Positions 55,916 to 64,000 of a stretch of DNA of 64,000 bases are shown here, piece after piece; position 1 is the stretch's first letter, and each line of letters begins with the position of its first letter. Source of the DNA: Octopus sinensis. Lineage: Eukaryota. Position numbers and translations under genes: made by a program. The DNA is taken from NCBI RefSeq assembly GCF_006345805.1, contig NC_042998.1, positions 190,712,001-190,776,000 on the forward strand, in the 5' to 3' direction. The notes beneath the pieces were generated by a model. That model was not told the origin of the DNA, did no database searches, and worked only from the letters and a program-made list of their open reading frames with translations.

Positions 55916-56172
55916 AATATATATCAGTCTGATTGTTATGGCCAGTCAGAAGATGACCATTGGTTTCGCAGAAATAAGATATACTTTTAGTTTTATTTCG
56001 GTCGAGTGAGTCGTAACTTTCCTGAAGACCACGTGTACTCACAGACGAAACTCAGAGTAGCAAGATACTGACTGGATCAATATATATATATATATACTCA
56101 TACATAAAACAAATATACATATACTCATATTTTGAGTTCTATTTATCCTATTTACATCAACATGCCTACACA

Positions 56173-56236
<64 letters not shown>

Positions 56237-56349
56237 AACAAAAATTTTAACTATTATATATATATATATATATTTATATACATATACATACATGCACACA
56301 CACACACACTCACACATAGGATATATATAAGTAGTTGAAACATGCACAA

Positions 56350-56500
56350 AATTAAAAGACGAAGACGTGTATGAACAACGAGCAGATGTATTAATTTTGA
56401 CGCTCGGGAAAGTGAGAAAGTCTGTTACGTTTCGAGCCTACGCTCTTCAACAGAAAGGAATAAAAGAAAATAAACAGAGAGAGAATAAAAAAATCTTGTG
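56350..56500 (-). mobile_element. Diverged family B terminal-repeat remnant (hammerhead-like motif 56422-56457)
   Basis: The minus strand reads cttt-CTGTTGA-A-GAGC gtag GCTC-GAAA-CGTA-acag, followed by cccgagcgtc. Confidence 0.6.
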
Positions 56501-57266
56501 GATAAGAGATATATGTATATATCTACATATGTTTATATATATAAATGACAGGAAAATAGGTTTAGAGATACCGCTTATGGTTTTCAGAAAATTAAAGTAT
56601 TTTCCTGCCTCTTTTTTTCTTTTGGCGCAAAAAGAATATAAATATTTGTAGCACTGAAGAAATTTCTCTTTTTGAAATATCGCCTACGTTACAACATTGG
56701 GCATGAACGTAATTTAGTGTTAATTGGAAATGATGGAAGTTTAAAATAATGCAAGCTGGCTCAGAAGATGAGTTACGTTGATTAACCTAAGTTTTCATCA
56801 GCGGAGCATATATATATATATATGCAATAAACCTGCTTGAATAATTATGTTATATGAATAACGACGATAGCTAGTGTACAAGCGTCATACATACACAGGT
56901 ACATATATACGCACATACACATCTTCATATATATATATATGTGTGTGTGTGTATGTGCGCCCTAGTGTTACCGGTCATATGAAATGTAATTTTGGAAGTA
57001 TACTTTTGCCATTATGAGTAATATTAAGAAACATTGCATACATAAAATAATCATAGTTTAAAATTTTATTAAATTAGCTGTTTTATTTGCCTTCTTTTCT
57101 TTCTCGTGCTAATCTCCATTGCCTTCCTTGCTTAGTTTATTTTAAGTTTAGGTTTCATAAAATAACTGAAAAAACTTTACACAAACAATTGTGACGTTCG
57201 TTTCACTCAATAATATGATTTAAACATTGAAAATATGATGTGCTTGTTTAGAAATGGTACTTAAGT

Positions 57267-57622
57267 GGCGTAGGAGTGGCTGTGTGGTAAGTAGCTTGCT
57301 TACGAACCACATGGTTCCGGGTTCAGTCCCACTACGTTGCACCTTGGGCAAGTGTCTTCTACTATAGCCCCGGGCCGACCAAAGCCTTGTGAGTGGATTT
57401 GGTAGACGGAAACTGAAAGAAGCCCGTCGTATATATGTATATACATATGTGTGTGTGTGTTTGTGTTTGTCCCCCCAACATCGCTTGACAACCGATGTTG
57501 GTGTGCTTACGTCCTGTAACTTAGCGGTTCGGCAAAAGAGACCGATAGAAGAAGTACTAGAATAAGTACTAGGTGGTGTTCCAGCATGGCCACAGTCAAA
57601 TGACTAAAACAAGTAAAAGAGT
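57267..57622 (+). mobile_element. tRNA-derived SINE family 3
   Basis: Same head, caccttgggcaag core-like segment and ccagcatggccacagtcaaatgact tail as the 55455 copy. Confidence 0.85.
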
Positions 57623-58648
57623 AAGATATTAATGTCTTTTAGGAAAACTTTTTAATTGTTAATAGAATAGTAATACTTTTTAATAAAAAAAAAATGGAAA
57701 AACCTGGATAGAATGTTTACAAGTATTGTTATTCCTACTTTTCTTGTTCATTGGGCAGCAATTGATAAATTTTACAAGTTATAACAGTATATCGGCTGCT
57801 CTTAAAGTCACGTGATAATCTCACTTCCACTTCTGTCTTCGGCTAAACTGTTCTAAATTCTAAAGTGTGGTGTTTTGTTGTTTGTAAAATATGCTATAGA
57901 ACGGTAATTAAGTCAGTTTAATTAATCTCAATAATCAAAGATATCATTTGCAAGGTTAATATGTACTTTAGGTTTAAAAAGAAAATGAAAGTGACCAGAA
58001 GTGACGCCTGTGGCATCCTATAATTTCATCTTAAATATTTCAGAAATAGCAGGTGAGGTACATTTTTCTGGAATACTGCTTCGTGAGATATTATCTAATT
58101 GCAGCTTTGACCAAGCTTTAGAATAAGTTCGTTCTTATCCGGGCATATTTGGCTTTCAAAGATAATATAGATAATATATCTATTAAAATAAGATGTCAGT
58201 GTTATATTCATTTTTGTGTAATTCAGACGACAATATATTCACGGCACCCTGTGTGTGTATGTGCGTGTGTGTATTTATATATATATATATGAGATAGGTA
58301 GTCTATTTGGTCTTTGACCTACTTGCAATAGGACGGAATATCGCTTAAAAACTTGATTCCTGATTATTTTGATCCACGAATAAAACTTATAGAACAAACT
58401 GGATTGTATGATATACATGAATTTCATATATGTATATATTTTGTCTACTTCCAGATAAATGATGAATTATGAAAAATGTCCAATATCATATCAAACTACT
58501 TAAGAGTTTAAAAACCGCTGACAAAAGTTTTGTCTACATGGTCAACTAACCTGCTAGAAAAGAAGCCAAATCTTGCCTAAATCGTACACTCTTTCGTCAT
58601 ACATACATACATACATACATGCATACATACATACATACATACATACAT

Positions 58649-58726
<78 letters not shown>

Positions 58727-59277
58727 CATGTATGCACACATAAATGTAAAATGCACAAGGAAACAACAAAAGTTAAAGAGTACGCAATATTGTGGCAGAG
58801 GAACAGTCAAGTGAATATATATATATATAAGATAACTATGTATACATATGAATATACATTAATAAATACGTTCACATATAAAAGCTAAATAAATAGTACT
58901 AAGGACAACAATAAATTTATAATATAATCCCTACATAGTTAAATTCATCGTCGAGACCGACTTGCCACTTTTTAATGTCAATCTACCTTCATAATAGTAG
59001 CAAAATTCAGAATAGCCTATCAATTCTTTGGAATGTTAAATATATATATATATTTGTGTGTGTGTGTGTATGTGTGTGCGTGTGTGTGCATGTCTCTCTC
59101 TCTATCTGCATGTGTAGTATATATATGTATTCACATATGTGTATTTATGTATATTACAGATATATATATATATATTTGTACAAATTTTATTTACATATAT
59201 ATAAAATGTTATATGCAATGTAATGTAATATGATATAATAATACAATATTATACACACACATATATACATACATATA

Positions 59278-59350
<73 letters not shown>

Positions 59351-59954
59351 ATAAAATCAATATATATATATATATGTATATATATTTGCAGATTATATCT
59401 GGAAGCATCACCAAGTCTCGAATATCCTTGTTGACGTAAGAGAATAAGAGAATAGGAGAATAGTAATGCAGCCACGTTAATGCACTAACAGTAGCCAAGA
59501 CTCGTTGCATTCGGAAGATGGACGAGAAGGAAGTACTCTTGTTCGCCAACTAATCTATAAAATCAAAGCAGCGCCTTGAGCTGAACGCATGGCCTGGTTT
59601 GATAAAATCGTCCTGGTTTCTTGAAGTGACAGTACACTAGGAATGAAACATCGGAAGAAGAGACACAGAAGGAAAGGACTAAAATACATAGGAAGGACTT
59701 TGAGAAAATTGCGTGAAGCACGAAAATGTGAATGTAGTGTGTTTTGAGTAGAGTAGATGTGGGATATATAGATTTGGAGCTAGATTCATAATACCTGGTT
59801 AGCTTTTAATTTAAGAAGTATACAATAGCACTGATTTTACGAATTGGAAAGACAAGCAGAAAATGCTTTATCATGGATATGGCAGAGGTATGTGATAGAT
59901 AAACCAAGGCGGACAGTGAAGAGTAAATCTTCAGCAAAATTTTAAAAATATATT

Positions 59955-60690
59955 TTCTATATAAATATATATATTTGCAGCTGTACATAGGTTGCTGTGG
60001 TGGATAACGAAGGGAAAAGCGCTCCACAGGAATTGCTCTGTTAGTATTAAAGCTGTTCAACACCATTTGAGGGTACACTGCAATCAGAAGATGCAAGAAT
60101 TGTTGTGATCTAATGACAGCTGATTAAGGAAATGTCTCGTAGTACCACCTGGATTTAACACGCACACACATAGGTATACAGGTACACACACAGACTCACA
60201 TATATATTTCTTTACTACCCACAAGGGGCTAAACACAGAGGGGACAAACAAGGACAGACAAAGGGATTAAGTCGATTACATCGATCCCAGTGCATAAATG
60301 GTACTTAATTTATCGACCCCGAAAGGATGAAAGGCAAAGTCGACCTCGGCGGAATTTGAACTCGGAGCGCAACGACAGACGAAATACGGCTACGCATTTC
60401 GCCCAGCGTGCTAACGTTTCTGCCAGCTCGCCGCCTTCTATATAAATATATATATTTGCAGCTGTACATAGGTTGCTGTGGTGGATAACGAAGGGAAAAG
60501 CGCTCCACGGGAATTGCCCTGTTAGCATTAAAGCTGTTCAGCACCATTGGAGGGTACACTGCAATCAGAAGATGCAAGAATTATAGTGATCTTATGACAG
60601 CTGATTAAGGGAATGTTTCGTAGTGCCAGCTGGATCTAACACGCACACACATACGTATACAGGCACACACACACAGACTCACACATAGAT
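59955..60690 (+). repeat. Diverged direct duplication (59955-60200 and 60436-60685) separated by a SINE
   Basis: About 15 substitutions counted over about 245 bp. Confidence 0.9.
60205..60436 (-). mobile_element. SINE family 1, full length, between two direct repeats of about 245 bp
   Basis: Reverse-complement homolog of 1335-1562. Confidence 0.9.
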
Positions 60691-61089
60691 GCATACAAAC
60701 ATACACGTATGTACATGCACACACATGTGTGTGTAGGCGTTGTATCTACTTGAGGTTTTCAAGAAATAAATTTCTAAGAGTGTTTCTATAATCTCCAAGA
60801 ACAATTCCTAATGGTTATTTTCTCATTAGTTATATAACAACAGATATTAAAAAAATTTTTTTATTTCATCTAGTTTCAGCTCACGAGCTGTGGCCATGCT
60901 GGGGCACCGCCATTTATTGTGAGTATTTAGTATGAAAATCAGCAATATTGATAGTTTAATAAATGCAATTATGAAAAATACCAACAGCTTCTTATTTTAT
61001 CCTTTTTGAAAAGAATTCGTACTGAACAGCAATAACAACAATGAGAACAAAAACAGCTTTTACTTTTTACTTTTATGATGATGATGAAG

Positions 61090-61143
<54 letters not shown>

Positions 61144-61163
61144 TAATAATAATAATAATAATA

Positions 61164-61249
<86 letters not shown>

Positions 61250-61250
<1 letters not shown>

Positions 61251-63125
61251 ACCAAACGTGAAAGATTAGTCCCTGATGCTGATGGAAGTCGGACTTTTCT
61301 GGGGTAAGATACAGAATAAGCAAGAACAATATAATATTACAGCCTGAAGCAAGCAGATTCTCATCCTCAGCAAGAGGCTATGCACTTCACAGAAGACAGT
61401 ATCAGAAATATGAGTAAAAAAGATGAATAACTGAAAAGCAGCAGGACCTAATGGGGTACAGGGATTTAGGATAAAAAAAAATAGTTCAGTAATTGCCATA
61501 AATTGATCGCAGGGCAATTTAAATCATTGATCAGTGGAGAAAAAGAAATCCCGGGCTGGTTGACAAAAGGACGAACGGTGTTGTGTCTGAAAGATGGATC
61601 AAAGGGAAATGCCGCTGGCAATTACAGACCAATTCCCTGCCTCCCATTAATGTGGAAGTTACTGCCAGGAGGAATTGCAAGAAGAGCTGTATAAATTTTT
61701 TGATGAAAACGATATATTACCGACGTAACAAAAAGGCTGTAGAAGGAGATTCAGTGGCATCAAATATAAACTATTGATAGAAATGCAAGATTGTAAACGA
61801 AGGAGAGCAAATCTGAGAATGGCCTGGATTGACTTTCGCAAAGCTCATGATATGATTCGACATTTGTGGATCATCGAGTGCTTATGTCTGTTTGGAATTG
61901 CAAAGAATGTAATGTGTTTCCTGAAAAGAAGTATGGTAGGATGGAAAACTGAATTGACATCTCACGGAAAAATCTTGGGCACCCTGGGTATCAAGAGAGG
62001 AATTTTCCAGGGTGATAGCCTATCTCCATTGATTTTTGTTCTCTGCATGACCACCCCTGAACTTGGTAATTAGGAAAATGAACCTGGGGTACTAACTGAA
62101 GGAAAAATCCCAAACAATCAACCGCCTCATCTTTATGGATGATTTGAAACTGTATGGCAAGGATGTGACTCAAGTGAGTTCCTTGAACAGTCCACTGTTT
62201 TAGTATTGATATTAGAATGGAATTTGAACTCAAGAAGTGCGGAATAATCTACCTAAAAAGAGGCAAGGTACAGTCTGTAGCAGGGATAGAAATACCGAAT
62301 ATAGACTTTATTAAACACATCAAAACAGAAGGCTACAAATACCTTGGTGTACTAGAGTTCAACGAGATAATGGAGAAGGAAATGAAGGAGTAATTCAGGA
62401 TGGAATATTTCCGAAGAGTAAGGTTGGTGTTGCGCTCAAAACTGACTGGAAGGAATAAAATACAAGCAGTTAATATGTGGGCGATAGCATCACTTCGGTA
62501 TGTGAGAGGGGTGAAACGGTATGGCGCATCGTTTGCGAATGCCTGAAATTGGCGCACTGCGAATAGAAAAGACGCCATGACAATGTGACAAGAATGATCC
62601 ATTCGGGGCTCTGTGGAAATCACGGCCTACAAAGAGCAAAGATGTGGTTTGAACGAACCCCAGAAGGAGTCACTGAGAATGAGAATTGGAAAATCAGGAC
62701 ATCGGAAACCGGACATTGTTGTGGTGAATAAAAAGAAAGAACATGCATGATAATCGGCATAGCCTGTCCTGGTTACAACAGGATCAATGTGAAAGAAGAA
62801 GAAAAAATAAACAACTATGACGATTTGAAGTGGGAAATACGAAGGTTGTGGTCAATGAAGAGAGTAGACGTGATACCAATAGTAACTAGTGCACTTGGGC
62901 GTATCAACACTCAACTACCAACATGTCTGAAAAAGATTGGTGCAAGTGTGAAGGCAGAACACCTACAAAAAATCAGCATTGCTTGGAACAGCAAGAATTC
63001 TTTGCAGGATTCTTGAAGTATGAGCAGTAAACACGTGTCACATTAGTCTGCTGGCTGTGAACAACCGACACTTTCCATCATACCCAGCAAAATAAGCTGT
63101 GAGCTTTCATCACATGATAATATTT
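61250..63125 (+). mobile_element. R4/Dong-clade non-LTR retrotransposon relic (RT plus restriction-like endonuclease), 5'-truncated
   Basis: RT motifs [35 protein letters not shown] and FMDDLKLY; endonuclease region RKPDIVV...EKINNYDDLKWEIRRLW...IPIV. It has stops, frameshifts and deletions, and abuts (AAT)n/(ATT)n. Confidence 0.9.
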
Positions 63126-63129
63126 GTTA

Positions 63130-63900
63130 TTATTACTGAGTGAGAGAGCAGTATACACCATCAAAGTGACACTGAGCTACAAAATATATAGAACCCGATA
63201 TACCTATCATGACTATTCGTCTCGTAAGGGTACACCAGGCATATGCCTTACAGCAATATTTATGCCACATGGTGATCTCATATCAAGATAAACAGCTCAC
63301 GACCTTGCAGGTGGGGTCCGGTTAAAATTTTCTTCGGGTCGAGTAACCCATTCCAGTCTAAAGTCCTTGAATAAGAGTTGTTTAAGAATGATGAACGAAG
63401 CACCAATATTTCCAGGAGAGATTTATTCAGACCCTAAATAATCCCTTTCAAAACATGGCTATGATACCCCACCAACTACTCCTGCTCGTGATCAGAGATG
63501 CACATATCGTTAGCCAATAAGGGCCTTAATCAACTGGTTAAGATCAAGTTACTGACAAGAAAATCTGTAGTATTGTGCAGAATATTTGCTGTAGCTCACC
63601 TTTTACACTGAGACAAAACATTCTCTCACTAAGTGATTGGCTGTAGATGGTGTTCATACCAGTTCTTAAGGGGCGGGATATAATAGTGACGGCATGTGCT
63701 CCAGTGCTAGTATTGGTCAACTCGATCAGGTCTGGTTTTATATTCTGGAAGAGCAAGGATTGAGCGACCGGAAACAATGTTGTCAATTCTTTGAAGTTTG
63801 TCATTGCAGAGTCTATGCTTTGTGTCTGCCCCATTGTGCAAGACATTAGCTTAATAGTTTCGGGTAAGGAGATTATGATCTTGTGTCACTAGGATAAAAT
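63130..63900 (-). mobile_element. Interspersed repeat, probably a LINE 3' tail (a shorter homolog lies at about 25440-25622)
   Basis: 63136-63320 aligns by eye with 25442-25622 (gagtgagagagcagt...gaccttgcaggtgggg). Both copies start at (ATT)n. The coding identity is uncertain. Confidence 0.5.
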
Positions 63901-64000
63901 CTTATTTTGGCTTACAAACCGTTGCTCTACAGCCACTGATGGGTTCTTCTCATATCTATATCATCATCAGGGAGGTTAAGCTCTCATCTGTATTTATATA

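Noticed and set aside
59187-59549. ORF MQRVLATVSALTWLHYYSPILLFSY... resembling a signal or TM peptide
   Set aside because: No recognisable family, no usable splice donor found, and it runs into (TA)n.

Overview
AT-rich eukaryotic DNA dense in microsatellites, most likely from an octopus or other cephalopod (inferred from the SINE families, the (TA)n/(ATT)n load and a mollusc-type innexin). One protein-coding gene is well supported: an innexin on the minus strand. Its whole channel body lies in one exon (35112-36315), and its N-terminus must come from an upstream exon; the best candidate is 37437-37471. The rest is microsatellite plus decayed mobile DNA: two mariner relics, R4/Dong-like, RTE, CR1/Jockey-group and Penelope-like retroelement fragments, tRNA-derived SINEs and two Helitron-like non-autonomous elements. 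Almost all ORFs in the supplied track are microsatellite translations. Three observations stand out. (1) The innexin stop is UGA-CUAG, a known readthrough context, followed by a GC-rich 74-codon in-frame extension that would mask a terminal S-N-V PDZ-type motif. (2) A perfect 285-bp palindrome in the innexin intron carries a G3-C8 minimal hammerhead-like fold on each strand. (3) Four unrelated short repeat families share a minimal hammerhead architecture with C-G, U-A and G-C covariation at core positions 3 and 8. All family assignments come from motif recognition by eye, not database searches. Indel noise in the microsatellites means some duplications may be assembly artefacts.
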